DNA of 64,000 bases from Lama guanicoe (lineage: Eukaryota). The notes under the pieces are model-generated. The model did not search any database. It was not told where the DNA came from and saw nothing but the letters and a program-made list of their open reading frames with translations. Shown in pieces: positions 48,261 to 62,200 of the stretch; the first letter of the stretch is position 1; each line of letters opens with the position of its first letter. The stretch covers positions 1,699,746-1,763,745 of the forward strand of contig MU055549.1 in the NCBI GenBank assembly GCA_013239625.1, written 5' to 3'. The position numbers and the translations under genes were made by a program.

Positions 48261-50967
48261 CCAGGGCGGGCGCACAGGGCTTCGCTGCGGTCTGCCACAG
48301 GCAGGATGCAGACATCCTCAGGGGCCTTGCCTTCTGGGGTATCCGCCTGCTAAGTGGGGTGCTACTGTTTACAAGCTCTTCGTTCTCTTTAAAGACTCAG
48401 CCTTTTCAAAAGGAAACGCCCCGTCATGGTTGGCTGGCAGTCTCCTTGGAAGGTTCGCGCTCTGGGAGACTTCTGGTCACATCTGCCTCCCAGGGCGGAG
48501 GCCGTCGGGCCAGCAGTGTCTCTGTGATGTTGGGTCCTCGAGCCGGCCTGGCAGCGCTGGTTTGTGCCCCCGCGGGGCTTGACCTGAGACCCTCACCAGG
48601 GTCTGAGACCCTCTGCTGAGCTCTGTGGGTCTCCTCTCTTGGTCGGGGGGCGCAGATGGGGTCTTCCTGGCTCGTTCCGCCCCGTGGGGACTCTGCACGT
48701 CGGGGAGGCTCCCACGGTGTTTCTCTGCTGGAAGCCCCCCGTTCCCTCAGTAGTGCCCCCCATCCTCAGTTTGCTCCACCCCTTCCTCCTACCTCCACGA
48801 CCCCCTACACTTCACGAAGCCAGGGAAACTTCTGAAAGTTTCACTCAGGCCTGTCTGCCCACCTGGGGGGCACCTGGCAGTCAGGTCCACCTGCCATCTC
48901 CACCCAGGGCCCCAAATATGGAAGCCGGGTCCTCCCCGGCCCCCACCCATCTCAGAGCGCTGAGACTCAGTCTGTCAGGGTCTCTCGGTGCCGATGGGAG
49001 GTGAAACCTGACCTGTTGGATGACGTTGCGTGTTGGCTTTTCCCCTTATCTTCCTGCTCCAGTGGCCTTATCTCTTCTTTGAGAGTGAGGACCTGCCTCG
49101 ATCACACTCACCCCACCCCACACTGCGCGTCCTGTGGGGGTGACACCCCGTCCTGTGACTCACCTGGTTCTGCAGGAGGTGGTGCGGGGTGCATGGCATG
49201 CGGTGAGGGCAGCCGGGGGTCCAGGCAGATCCTGGCATGACCTGAGGCCCCCCCTTTCCAGGGGCTCGGACTCCCTGAGCCTCAGCTGCTCATCCTGACA
49301 CTCGCCTCGGAGGGCAGGGCTGGAGGAGGAGGGCACGTGGCGGGCACAAGCATCAGCTGGTACCTCCTGCTTATGCGGTTGTCACACTCTCAGGGGTGGC
49401 TCTCAGGATCCGTTTTCTGCACCCCAAGCAGACGACGTGCTCAGTTTTGGCCTTGCACACGGCCCCCTGCAGCGTTCCCTCTGTGCCGGTGTGGGGCGCA
49501 CTGTCCCCCTCCGCCCCTCAGCACTGCGGCCACATGCCTGTCGGGACTTCCCAGGGCTGGTGCAGACCCGGCCTCTCTCCCAGCAGCTAGGGAGCTCCAG
49601 CCCTGAGCTCGCAGCCCACGGACAGTGGTGTCCCCGGCCGCACACCCACAGCGGTCCGCTTTCTCCCTGCACGAATGGCTCTGCTGAGCTGTAATTCAGT
49701 GTAGCCTCTCCCTCCAACAGGGGTCCACCACCAACAGGGGTCCACCAGTTGGCAGAATATGCCTGGGTCTTTTGCAAAAAGGTTGTTTTAGCCAGTGTTC
49801 CTCCACCTGCTAGAGATTTGCTGCAGGTGAAACCCACCCGGATTGTGCTTCTCAGCAGGTGCCCTCTGGGGCAGCAGTGCAGACACAGAGACACGGCGGT
49901 GGGAGCCTGAGCGTGCTGGTCGCCCGGCGTTGGGCAGGCGGGCCGGGGAGCCGGTCATGGGCACGCAGCAGACAAAGGATGGATGACAAAACTCACACAA
50001 GCTTTTTGAAATACTCCGAACAACAGAAGAGTTTATATAATAAACAAGAAAATACTGCCTGCAGCCAGTCTGATCTCACTCTGCTGGGAACACGGCTGAT
50101 GCTGGTCAAAGTGTGTGTGCAGCCTTCTGGGCTTTCCTTTTCCCACTAATATAAACGCGCACACACACACTCACACACTCATGGACACACACACACACAC
50201 ATCCTTATACAAAAGGGAGAACACTGTCTTTGTGTGTTCGGTATCCAGTTGCTCACGGAGGCTGTAAGCTCTGTTTCCAGTCCACTGTGAGTCCCTTGGG
50301 GTTATAATAAACGCATGTGCTAACTATCCGTGTGTGGGCTCACAGCCTCCAAGGCCAGGGTCCGAGCACAGCCTGGCTGTCCTGCAGGTGAATTTAGGGA
50401 GGTGGGTCTGGATGGTCAGGGAGCAGATTAGGGACCGTGCTCCCGTGGGATCCTCAGGCCCTGATGGCTGCAGGCAGGGGAGCCATCACTCCCCAGTGAG
50501 GACCCTGAGGCCGGGGTGGGACTGGGGGCAGGACGCATCTCTGAGCCACAGCAGCCCCGTGGGCAGGGCACTGGCACAGAATTTTCTCCCATTGAAGAGG
50601 GTGCTCCGGCCAGTGTGACCCACCCTGTCCTGCCCACAGGCATCGCCTCGGGATCCAGGTAACACCAGATTCCGATTCCTGGGTCCGAGGACCTGAGAGT
50701 CTGCATTCCTGCTGCTCACAGGCTGCTGCCACCACGGGGACCACACAGGAGTGGCGCCCAGTGTTTGTTTTCTGAAATCAGGGCGGAGTGTCTGTTAGAT
50801 GCACAATCACCTGTGAGCCCCTTGGATGTGTATTTAAATATTAACAGTTAGAATCTCAAAATCCAAGGAAGTGACGGGCCCCCTTTAAAGGTCTCCATTC
50901 CGTACATATCACATATATACGGGTGTGCACATACGCATCTCGTACACACGTGTACACTCGTGTATAT

Positions 50968-51325
50968 TGTGTTAGTCAGGGTTCTATATCCTGAGATGGT
51001 GCCACTATAATGAGATTTATTATAGAAAGTTGGCTGGTGTGATTACAGAGGCTGAGATGTCCCACTGCCCTGTCTGCAAGCTGAGACCCAGGAGAGCACG
51101 TGGGGGGCTCCAAGCCCTCCACGGGGAGCAGGTGGCCATGCGGTAGATCCCAGACCACGTCCCAGGGCCTGAGGACCAGAAGCTAAGGGCAGGAGAAGAT
51201 CCCGTCATGGCGCTCGGTCAGCAGAGCACGACCCCTCCTTCCTCTGCCCTTTCGCCCTGTTCAGGCCCTGTGGGTGGGGGGTGCTCAGCCCCTAGGGGCG
51301 GGCAGGCGGCCTCACTGTGCCCGCT
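50968..51325 (-). mobile_element. MLT2-type (ERVL) LTR
   Basis: TGTGTTAGTCAGGGTTCT…GAGATTTATTATAGAAAGTTGGCT…GAGGCTGAGATGTCCCAC…TGTCTGCAAGCTGAGACCCAGGAGAGC…GGGCAGGAGAAGAT…TGTTCAGGCCCT. Confidence 0.8.
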
Positions 51326-53303
51326 GGTCCGAGGCGGCCATGGCCGTGAGGTCGGTGACCTTGGCTGGGGTGGGCCCGTTGCTCTCCACGGCGGCCGCAG
51401 GTGGAGAAGCCACCTAGGAAGGGCTCCGGCCGGGCTGTGTGGATGGTCAGCTCACTGTGTCGGGGCCGGGGGCTGAGGCTGTGGACGGACCGTGACTGTC
51501 GCCCCCTTCTTGGCTGATCAGAGGAACCTCCGGGCCAGTCTCTGTGGGGAGGGCCCTGCCCCATAAGCCAGCGAGAGGAAGGGGCAGAGGTGACAGCAGC
51601 AAAGCGGGGACACGTTCTTCCGAAGTCAGACTTGAACGCGGTGAGAAGGCTGCTCATCTCAGTCCTGCATCCATAGTCCCTGCCTTCTCTGGCAGAGCAC
51701 CCCTGTGTGTTCCCTGGGATTTCACGCCCCTCTCTGATGCAGAGGTCGATGCCTGCGCTAATGAGGCACTGGCACTTCCACGCTGCTCGGCCTGGCAGTG
51801 CTTTGACCTTCACTTGGAGGGGGTGATGCTGGGCAGCCTTCCCGCCGGGGATGAATACTCCAGCCAGTACCTTGGCAGTTGAAGAGCAAGGGCGGGGAGC
51901 ATAAAGCATGTGTGGGTCATTGACTGCCGAGACCCCTTCTTCCTAAAGAACTAGGTATTTTATGTGAAGGCATTTAGCTTCCTCCCCGATCCATCATTTG
52001 GAAATAAATAATTAAAAAAAAATCTAAGTGGAATTCTCAAGGGGGAATTAGCGCCCAGGCTCTGTCCTGCCGGAACACGGCCCCAGCCGGTCTTGGAATG
52101 ACCCTGACCCAGAGGTTACAAGAGGCAGGGAGACTCACAAGGTCGTTGAGAGCTGCCGTTTCCAGACTCCAAAACCCATGGAAATAGTCCGGATTAATGC
52201 TCCCGGGATGTTACTAACAAAGCAAAGGACAGTTGAGGGCAGGAGAGGCGGTGGCCTGTGAGGGACGGGGAGAGGATCAAAGTCAGGATGGAGGGAGGGT
52301 TGGGGTGATTGGGGCAGAGGTGGGAACTGCCCTCCGGGGCCAGACAGGAGAGTGATCGTGCTAGACAGTCTCCAGCCGGCGTGTCTGGACGGCTGCTGAA
52401 CACACGGCTTTCAAGGTAACGGCACTGATTAAAACTTCAGAGCTGGACAGACACCACGAGAAGAGCTTCCCTCTTCTGTTGAAAAATGAGACGTAAAGAA
52501 CAGTATTTGCAAGTGATCGATGTTTCAATGCGCCTGACTGTAATCCTTTTGTAATAATCACAATGCGTCTCTCAGGCTGTGTGCTCCTGTCCGTAACCCC
52601 ATCTATGCATCTATTCAGGCTAAAACGGCCAATTCTGAGAGACAGCCGGCCTGATGGATTCTTAAACGTGGCTGATCTGGCTGTTCGGCTGAGCGCAGAG
52701 GTCAGTTCCGTGAAAACGGCAGATCTGTGTGATCGCGGCGCCGCCAGCCTCTCCGTCTCCCCCTCGCAGCCTGAGCCGGACAGTCCTTGGAGGTGTTGCC
52801 ACTTCAGGTCTGCATCAGGGCGTGGGGGATGCGCTGGGCTCCCCTCCTGCCCCAGCCCTGACGACAGGGACCCCAGCCCGCCTGGGAGGAGGCAGAGCCT
52901 GAGGCCAGTGCAGGGCCCACCCTGTCCAGCACTGCCCACCTCTCAGAGCCCACCTGAGTGCACTCTGCTCTTCATTTGCCAGTTCCGAGCCCACCCCGGG
53001 AGGATGAGAGAAGGGGGTGGTCTCTCCCTAGACCACCTGGCCCAGGTGCAGACATGGGGGCCTTCACGGGGACAGGAGCTGCTGGGGCTCACACCGGCTG
53101 TCACGTCTCCATCCCTGGTGGTGACGCCTCACTAAAGGAAAGCTCCCTGCTGGAGACCAGCGGCCACTCCCATGGAAAGTTCTGGAATGCAGGCCTCTGA
53201 TGGGGTGGGGGCCTGCCAGGGCAGAGGGCCGGGCCAGTTTCCAGCCTCGCTGCTGTGAGGAGGACACAGGCAGGGGACTTAGCTGGGAGAGCAGGGGACA
53301 CCT

Positions 53304-53326
53304 GGGGGAGGGGGAGGGGGAGGGGG
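53304..53326 (+). repeat. (GGGGGA)3GGGGG perfect G-quadruplex-forming motif
   Basis: Four G5 runs with 1-nt loops, read directly. Confidence 0.8.
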
Positions 53327-56300
53327 CGTGTCCTCCCCTAGGAGCCCACCTGGCCTGGGGCAGCCGCCTCCCGCTGCCGGGAGCTGACCCAGAGGCCAGT
53401 GGTGTCAGAACTCCCCACATTCGGGCCTTCGTTTTGTTTCTGTGCTTTTATTTTGAAGCAGGAAACCTGTTTCTCCCAAATTTTACACCAACATTAAAAT
53501 GCAACATTTTATCTGTCCATTTGCCCCTCGGCAAAGACAGGATTCTTCTTTGTTCAGAATGAACCTCGTTTCTCCTTGCTTGGGCTTTTAAACTTATAAA
53601 CTGTAATTATTTTTGATTACATGTATTTACTATGTGGTTAATTTACCTTGAATGCCTTGAAACCGAATTTGTGGGTGCAGTTTTGTCTCTTCCCCACCAG
53701 CTGCTCCATTATTTCTCACTCCCTTTGGTTCCCTGCTTAATAAGACCACGCTTCAGTGCCGCAGCCGCAGGGCAGGGGACAGCTTCTTCTGAGGGCTGAT
53801 TTCCACAGCTGTAATCTTCATTTTCATGGCGCCGAAGGAAAACTTGGAAACCCAGTCATTTCCCGGACTTCCCTCTGCTCTTCTGGAAAGGCGGTCTCCC
53901 GTTTCTGCTGGGCAGGGAAACACCAGGCAAATTGGGTGTTTCAGGGAAATTCATATCTGGGGTCTAGAGGATGTGGCAGTGAGGTGTGTATCCATCAAGG
54001 CATCTCGTCTCATTAAGATGATTTAAAACAAGCACACTGATTTGGAGTCTGCATTCATGAGGCCGAGAACACTTACCTGACCCTGAGGCTACCGCCGGGC
54101 AGCATTACACACAGGGGTCAGAGCGTCACTCCCGCGAGGGATGGCGGGTGACACCCTGGACGTGCACTGAGGTGGGAATTTTTCTTCATCTGCATCCCAC
54201 AGAGCCCATATTTCTGCATGTCGCGGGGACCCCTCTGTGCTAGCTGTGAGATTTGGGATTGTCCTTCTGTGTTGCTTTGGGTGTCAGCATTGCATGGCGA
54301 CTGGGTCTCGAAATTAATCAAAGTGTATCCTTGGTCTGAAATAAAAACAAGTGTGGATGTTGTGAAGGCAGAGCTGGGAGCCGGTGCTCTCGGAGCCATT
54401 AAGTCAAGAAGTGAGGGCCGCCTGTGTTCTCCTCACCCCCCCGCCCCGGTTCTGGGTGTGCTCGCGGACAGACGCAGAGACTTCCCGTGACCCGGTCCCC
54501 GTGGGTCCTTGTTGACAACTCTGGCCGCAGCACAGGGGCTCCGGCCTGAGCGGCTCGGCCGGGCCGGGTCACTGTCTCTGCTGGCTCCTCCTGTCTGGGG
54601 CACGTGGCCCATCTTAGATGCCACCTGGCTTCAGTCGCTCTGCTGTCCTCGAAGTCTCTGTCCTCTGACAAGCTAATAAGGTGCGTGATATGGAGGGAAG
54701 TCCAAACTCTGGCGTCCGAGGGGGAGTGAGCTGGAATCTGGGTGCTGCCGGCTATGGGCCCGGGGCGAGGCAGTGCCCTCAGAGCCCCATGCACCCCCGT
54801 GAGACGGGGTGGCACAGCGACGGCACTGATGGGCAGTGCCTGGGCTGGTGCCCGGGGCATGACAGGCATGCGTGGAGTAGTCTGAACCGTGCCCACCTCC
54901 GCAGTATCTCCAGGTTATCATTGCTGCCTCCAGCAGTGAGAGAGCAGGCCCCACCCGCCACTGCGCTCAGAAGTAGAACAGGGGTTCTATCAGGACTGGA
55001 ACTTGCCAGAGCTGCTTTCCTGTCGCCTCCCCAGGTTCCTGGAGTTTTCTTACGTTTTGTCTGGGAGGCTTGGGGGAGGAGCTCGGGGCAGAGCAACGCT
55101 GGTGTCGGGGGCTCGGTGGGCGAGCGGCAGACTGCGAGGGGCGACCCGACCCAAGCGTGAGGGCAGACCTGCAGGCCGGCGGGTCCCAGATGATGCTCTT
55201 CCCGGCTGGACGTGGTCGCCGCGCGCAGCCTGCAGGGCCCTGCGGGCAGAGCCTGAGGAGAGCCGCGCCCTTTGCCCCTGAGATCTCTGTGCCGAGAGCC
55301 TAGGGTGTATGGTCACCTGGACCCTGGAGGGATGGGGTTCAGGGCGCAGGACACAGGCTCAGCACAGCCTGACGGTTCAGGACGGTGCGCTGGGAAGAAA
55401 GTCCGCCGAGCAGTGACCGCCACAACTGGGTCAGAACAGTGTGCGTGTGTGTGAGCGTGAGCGTCCTTGTAGGAGCGTTGTGCTGTGTGGCCCTGTGGGG
55501 GTGGGCCCACACACACACATACTTTGTTCTGTTTCATTCTTGTAGCTGTTGGTTTTTAGGTAAAGACATTGGGGTCTGTATATTCTAAGAAAAGAGTCAA
55601 CAGAGAGAGAGAAATCCAAGACAGAAAAAAGTGGCCTTAAAAGAATGTTTGAATAAAGCATAATGGCTGTCCCTTCACCCTCTGTGGGCAGCACACAGGC
55701 CCAGCCGCGGTTAGGGGGGCCCTCGGGATGGGGCCGGGGAGCAGAGAGGAGAGGCGGCCCCGCGCACCTGTCAGGAGGGCCTCTGGCTGGGACTCCTGTT
55801 CTGGGACAGGGCCCCGCGGGTCCCCGCCTCGCTGCCCACTGGGCGGCCTGACATCCCCGAGGCCCATGGCTGCAGAGACCCGGCGTGGGCGGCTAGCTGA
55901 CGCTGAGGGCCCTGACCGAGGGGAGCGGGGACACGCAGCTCCAATGAGGGCCCGGATCGTGCCTGGCCTCTGCTCCCTGAGACGCACAAGAGGATGGGGA
56001 GCCCCGGGGGTCCTCACCCCTTCTGCTTGATTCGTGGGGAATTAAGAACTATGCTTGCGTGCTCTGAGGACCCAGGGTGTGGTGGGGGGACAAGCTACCC
56101 TCAAGGATGGAATTCTGCCACCAAGTTTGATTCCAGGGGACGGGGAGGGCAGGGGTTCAGCCCTCGGCTGACGGGACCCTCGGGGCTTCCCTTACCATCT
56201 CCCCAGAAGGCTCTGAATCGGGAAGGACCTTGCCTGCTTAATAAACCACAGACGAGAGGGGGGCGGGAAGGGACCAGGCGAGGCGGCCCACGTGAGAGAG

Positions 56301-56845
56301 GCCCGGGACTGCAGGAGGGCGGTCTTCTCCCGACAACGGTGGTCCCACAGCTCGACTGTTTCCAGGACCCTCACTTCTGGGAGGCGCCCAGGAAGTCTGC
56401 AAAGATCCACTGTGCTGAACAGCCCATCTGAAAATCTAGAACTTTCTCCTGTCTCCTCAGGGGCCTTTGTACCCTCTTGTAGGTCACACGCACACTGTGG
56501 TTGCCTTCTGATTTAGGGGGAGAAATTATCGTGAGTGGCCAACCTACCAACAGAGATATGCACCTTTCTCAGAATGCTGAATTTTGTTTAAAGAAGTCAA
56601 CACATTTTTCAGACTCACGGGCTGTTAGCAGGCACATAGTCACAGATTAACAGCCAGCAGAGCAGGGTTCAAAATGCAGGCATCAGCGTCCCAGCAAAGT
56701 ACCATTTGTGGATAATTCTGAAGCCTTTGTCAGATTTGGGGCACTCAGCGTCCCGAGGTGGCATCAGTAATTCACTTTTTGTGATGCAAGAAAAAATGGG
56801 GGGTGAGAGGGCTGTGTCCCAGGCCTCAGCTGAGTCCTGGGGACA

Positions 56846-57424
56846 TGCCTCGCCAAGTGTGGGTCCTTGGCTGCGTGCGGGAAAGGGTTCAAGAGTGAGC
56901 CACAGTTGAATAAAGTAGATTTATTCAGAGAGACACACACTTCATAGACAGAGTGCAGGCTGTTTCAGAAGGTGAGAGAAAGGCCACGAAGTGTGGGCGT
57001 TGGGCGCCCAGGTTAAAGTAAAAGTAGACACACACTCCTGGACAGAGTTGGTCTCACTCGGAAGGCAGAGCGGCCATGAGGAGCAGGGTCACTAGTGCTG
57101 TGGGCTCGGGAGCTTCGTGGGCTGACAAGGGGGAGGGTTGCCACCAGGCCCCTGGGGAAGGGGCGGCGCTGCCCGGGAGTTGGGCCACCGCTCACTTCTT
57201 GACCTTCCACGGTCAGCCTCGGGGCTGTCTTGGCGCCCGTGGGAGGGCCACTGGCCAGGCTGACATATTACGATGAGCAACAATGAAGCTCAAGGTCGAC
57301 TGGAAGTCAAGTGTCCCGCCACCTTGGGCCTCAGGTCCACTGGGAGTGAATCTCCCCCACTTTGGTGCTGATGGCTGTGTCACTCCCAAAATGGCTGTGC
57401 CCTGCGCCCTTCCCTCCCGCCTCA
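56846..57424 (-). mobile_element. Solo ERV1-type LTR
   Basis: Reverse strand begins TGAGGCGGGAGGGAAGGG. The U5-like end GGGTCCTTGGCTGCGTGCGGGAAAGGGTTCAAGAGTGAGCCA carries a reverse-strand AATAAA (TTTATT ~56920) and an internally duplicated block. TSD not identified. Confidence 0.65.
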
Positions 57425-59019
57425 TTTGGACAAGTCGATGTATTTGCCGGGACAGAACCAGCGCCTGCAGAGGAACAGCGTCTCAGCCGCCTGGTTTTCT
57501 GTTTACTGCAGAGCCTGTCACCCGGCTGCGCTCCTGATGAAGCAAGCAGCCCTCTCACGGGTTCTGTGCTGGTGCAGAGCGCGGGCCACGCCCGAGGACT
57601 CGGGGGTTTCCTGTGTCTGTCTGCTCGGAGGACGAGGCCTCGGGGGCCTGTCAGCTACAGGGCAGGCAGAAGTCGGCCCACCCGGGACCACAGCCGGCCT
57701 CGTCCCCTCCAGCAGGTCGAGGTGGCTGTCGCTGGGGCGGCGCGCAGGCTCCGAGCAAGACAGGGCGAGCCTCTGCAGAGGGACCCGGCTCTGCCCGGAG
57801 GACGTCGGTGCCGGTGCCACGGGAACACGGCCAGGCTCGGGGGGACGTGTTCTGGGGTCTGCACTTAGAGCCCCAAGTCGCACCACGCGGACTTAGTTGG
57901 CTATGAAAACGGTGCCAAAGTTCGCTGTGCGGAGAATTCGAATCTGTTTTTTATGAGAGATAGAAACACGCCATTTTTAACCTGTTTGGTGTATTTTAAA
58001 ACTGAATTCCTTCTAATGTTACCTGCTTGTTGTGTACCTTTTGGGAAGCCGCACTTGGAGACACGGCTGGACGGCCCCGTCCTTCCCGGCCGCCTTCTGG
58101 GTGCAGAGGAGACGGGCTTCTGGGTACCAGGTGGGGTCTTGCTGGCCTGCCCTCCCTGCCCTCGCCCGGGGGGGTTCTCCTCTGGGCGCTCCTGGCGGTT
58201 CTGTACAAGGTGGTGCTGAGAGGAAAAGGCCTCAGGTCCATCACATGCGCCACCCCCGGGGAGCCAGCCTCCCCACAATGCCTCTCCTCCCTAAAAACAA
58301 CAGCGTGTTCCTCAGAATAAAAGAAGGCCTGTGTTTTTACACAACTAGGCTGGTTTAGCATCAAAGAAGAAACATGGTTAAATATTTTTAATCAACAGAA
58401 AATCTGTCCTTTGGGAATCTTTATAAATTAAATGCATATAAATAGACACTTGGCATTACCAGTGAAATTCCCCTCTAAAAAGGAATGGCTTCCTTGATTA
58501 GATTCTCGGATGCGTTCTGCTCGCAGTGTCTCCAGAAGGCACAGGTCTGAACGTTCTGAACATGTCCTCTCTCTGAAACCGGCTGAGGAGCGCTGAAACC
58601 AGCGCTTTCCTGGGCCTGAACCCTGCGGAGAATGAGCTGAGACGCTCGGGTCTCAGTCATGGAGAGAAAACTGCTTTTTAGCCCAGTTTCTTCTCCCCTC
58701 GGGAGACTGGGGCTCCCACCCTCGCCCGTGTCCTGGGTCCGGCAGCCGCTGCTCTGGCCCGAGGTGGCCCGTGCGCTCTGGCCCCCGGCGCGTAGGTTCC
58801 GCGGGCAGCCTCCTGGTGTCTGCAGAGCAGAGGCTGTCGCTCAGAGCGCCCTCTCTGTTCGCTCCCCATCAGCCCAGGCCCGGGGCTCGGCGCCTCTAGC
58901 TGGTCCACGTCTGAGCGGTCGATCAGGTGTGGGAAGACGGGGCATCCTCCAGCCGCACAAACTCGTCCGCCCGGAGCCCGCGCGTTTATCCAGCCCTTAC
59001 TCAATTAAGTGTCGATGAA

Positions 59020-59205
59020 GCACTTACATTGTGATGTGTGCTTTTCACACGTGTGACCCTCAGAGCGAGCCTGGGGGAAGGGGCCGCTGTCATCCCCACT
59101 TTACAGAAGAGGAAACCCAGGCCCCACTAGTTTTCGGAGGAGCCCCCAGGTGGCGAGTCCAGAACTGAAGTCCGGGCCGCCTGGGTCTGGAGCCCGTGCC
59201 CCGGC
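59020..59205 (-). mobile_element. MIR SINE
   Basis: CATCCCCACTTTACAGAAGAGGAAACCCAGGCCC…CTGGGTCTGGAGCCCGTGC. Confidence 0.7.
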
Positions 59206-62200
59206 CCTGACGTACGACGTGCGAGCGGGCCTGGGCTTGAGAGTAGGGGTGGGGAGGCCCCCGGAGCCGCCAGCATCGCTGGGTTGGGTTTTGGATTTTG
59301 TTTTTATTTGGCTGACGTCTCAGTGGGATGGGAACCAGGCACGTTTCCCAGGTTACAACGGCAGGGACGTGCCACCGAGGCCAGCAGGATCTGGACATTG
59401 TCTGTGCCGCGGGGCGTGTGGGGCTGTGCGTCCTGCAGCCCTGCTCCGAGCTGGCCCGGGGGCAGTCCGAGCTCCACCAGGGCACTGGGGCGGGATGCCG
59501 CCCACCCACCCCGGGGAGGGCCCTAGGGCGGCCCAGGGCGATCTGTCAACCACAGCGTTATGGTAACAATCAACTTTGGTTTTGCCCTCCAGCTGTGACA
59601 GACACTGTTTCATGGTGGCAACTCTCGATCACGTCACTTAGGAGATGCAGGTCAAAGAGTGTTGAACCCCGTGGCGGTGGCCGTGGCCTTGGGTGCCTGC
59701 CCATTGGTGGGCTTCGTGCCCCAGACTCCTGAGGGGTGGGGCTGGCTGGGAAAGCTTTCCTGCGGGATTTGGGAACGTGGATGGGGGCAGTGAGGAAGCC
59801 ACCCAGGGTCCTGGGCGCAACCCCCCACGTAGCTGAGGGTCAGAGGCCACGAGCTGCAGAGTGGCCTCGGGCTAAGGGTCACTCAGCCACCTCCCAACAA
59901 ATGTTTGCAGAGCACCTACTATGTGCCAGGCTACATGACAAGCACAGGGGTCACCTGGGAGACAGCTAGATGTCCGCGCGGCCTGGTATTCATGGCGCTT
60001 GCTGTGGGGACAACTCGGACCAGAGACCAACCACCGAGCACGCGTGCGCGCCGGCCGTGGGAGTGATGTCTGAGAGCCCAGCTCATCCCAGAGGGCGGCT
60101 GGGGCTCTGCCAGGCGGAGGGAGGGCAGGCGGCTCCTGGGGGGACATCAGAGTCAGGGTCTGAAGGATGGACAGAGCTCACCTTGCTAAGGGACAAGGGC
60201 TGGGGGGCTCTGGCCACCCTGCGAATTCTCAGTGTGGCTGGAACTCACCAGGCTGCAGAGCCCCTCTCCTGTCCTCGTGGAGGACAGACGGCCCTGGTGC
60301 ATAAGCGTCTGGGTCCACCGGGAAGGCAGCACCGCCCCAGCAAACTCACGCGGCTTTCCCCGAAAGTCCCGTGACGCTGACAGTCCCTCCAGCTCGGGGC
60401 CCCCAGGACACCTGCACACGTTCCTGACTCCCCTGGACCCTCTCAGTTCTAAAGCAGGGGAACTAGTACGCTTCCGCCAAGAGCCGCGGTGCGGGCTGAC
60501 AACATCTCCACGCCAGGACCCGCGCCGGGCACGCGGGCGTGCGCCAGGCGGGCACTCTCAGACAGCCCTGCTGGGAGCACAAACGCGGGGCTCCAGGTCC
60601 TCCGTGACTCATTTGACGATTCGTCAAAGGAGAGCCCCATCGCGACGTGTCTGGTGGTAAAGAGATAAATATATTCTTGGAGTCCACCCTAGAAAACCCG
60701 CTGACGTTTATGAACCAACGAAAAGAAGGAGAATCTACGACAGTGGCAGGTACACCAACACTGAGAAGTGGACGGGGTGAGAAGCTTTGTCCCCATGAGT
60801 CAAGCGCACAGAAGGTGTCCTCTGGCTCCGTCTGCCCGGGGACCCCTGTGCCGATAGAAGGACGGTGGAGGGAGGAGCTTCCCCGCACAGCCATGCGCTG
60901 TTCCCCGGCTGCGGACCCTCCCGACCTGAGCTGTCGGGGGCAGGGAGCACGGTGGGCCCCGGGGCCGGGGGTGCACTCAGCTGCCCTCAGGCTTCCGGAC
61001 GAGAAGTGGGTCCCACTCGACGCACTGGCTCGATTCTAAACCACTGACGCTTCACCCTCCTACGCCCAGTGCCCGCAATCAACAGGCTGAGAAGGGCTGG
61101 TTCCCTGGCAGGAAGGACAGACGACTGCAGAGGTGGGCTTCAGTTCAGCCCGGACAGGACCACTCAGAGTTCTCACGCAGAGCTGTGAGTCGACACGCAG
61201 CACTGTGACACCTCTCAAGCCAGGAAGGCACCGGGACCCCTGCAGGGGGCGGCCGGGTGGCTTTGTTCCCCAGTGTGAGGGTGGACAGCGAACAGGACGA
61301 CGCGGTGTTTCCCCCGGGTCCTGTAAAAAGAGCATTTCTAGCAATTCCTTTCCTCTGTTCGATGCACGGGCATCTCTAATACAGCGCCCACAGAACTCTG
61401 CGTAGAAATACAACACAAGTCACGCGCTGTGTAACAGGGAAAATCAAGACCCCGGGGGACACTCTCAGGGAGCTGGGAAGGGAGGGAGGCGTCTGCCAGA
61501 GGGGTCGGCACTTGGGAAGCACCAGACCTTGGCTCGTCCAGGCAACGGGGGCCACCAGCTCTGCCTGCAATGAGGGATGTCAGACCAGAGCTTCCCCTCC
61601 CCACCTGGTGTGGCCCCGCTGCCACCCTCCAGGTTTCCGGGCACACGAGTGCTATCACTGCCAGGCAGGGAGGTAGGAGTGAGGATGTTCTGCGGGTGCC
61701 AGACCACCAGCCTGTGTCTCAGACCAGACCTGCCTCGGTCCTGCTTCCTTGTCCCCTTTGCCACCAAGCAGAGTCTTCGGACAAGAGCATCTTCCTCATC
61801 CAGGCACGGGCGGAGACACGTCCGTTCTAGGACAGTGGGGTGGCTGGAGACATGAGTGAGGCACATCCCGTGGCCAGCCTGTGACTGGCATGAAGTGTGC
61901 CTTTGTATAAAAGCTGTCAGTATCTGTTTGCCCTCCGTGGTGGTGGCGGTGAAGGCCAGCTGCCCTGGGCCGATCGGCAGGCTCTTTTTCTTAGGTCCAT
62001 TGTCTGTTCCTCTTGCTGCTGTCCACCATCAGAGCCCAGAGAAGCAGAAGAGAGCTGCTGGAGAAGGCATTCCTGCCCCCGCCTCCTTCGTAGTGCCCGA
62101 GCGCACGAGCAAACCTACCCTGGAGCTCCCGCAGCGGGCGCGTGCCTGTTGATCCCAGGGGTCTCATGACGGCCCTCGGAAGAAGCAAAATGCTGTCCAA

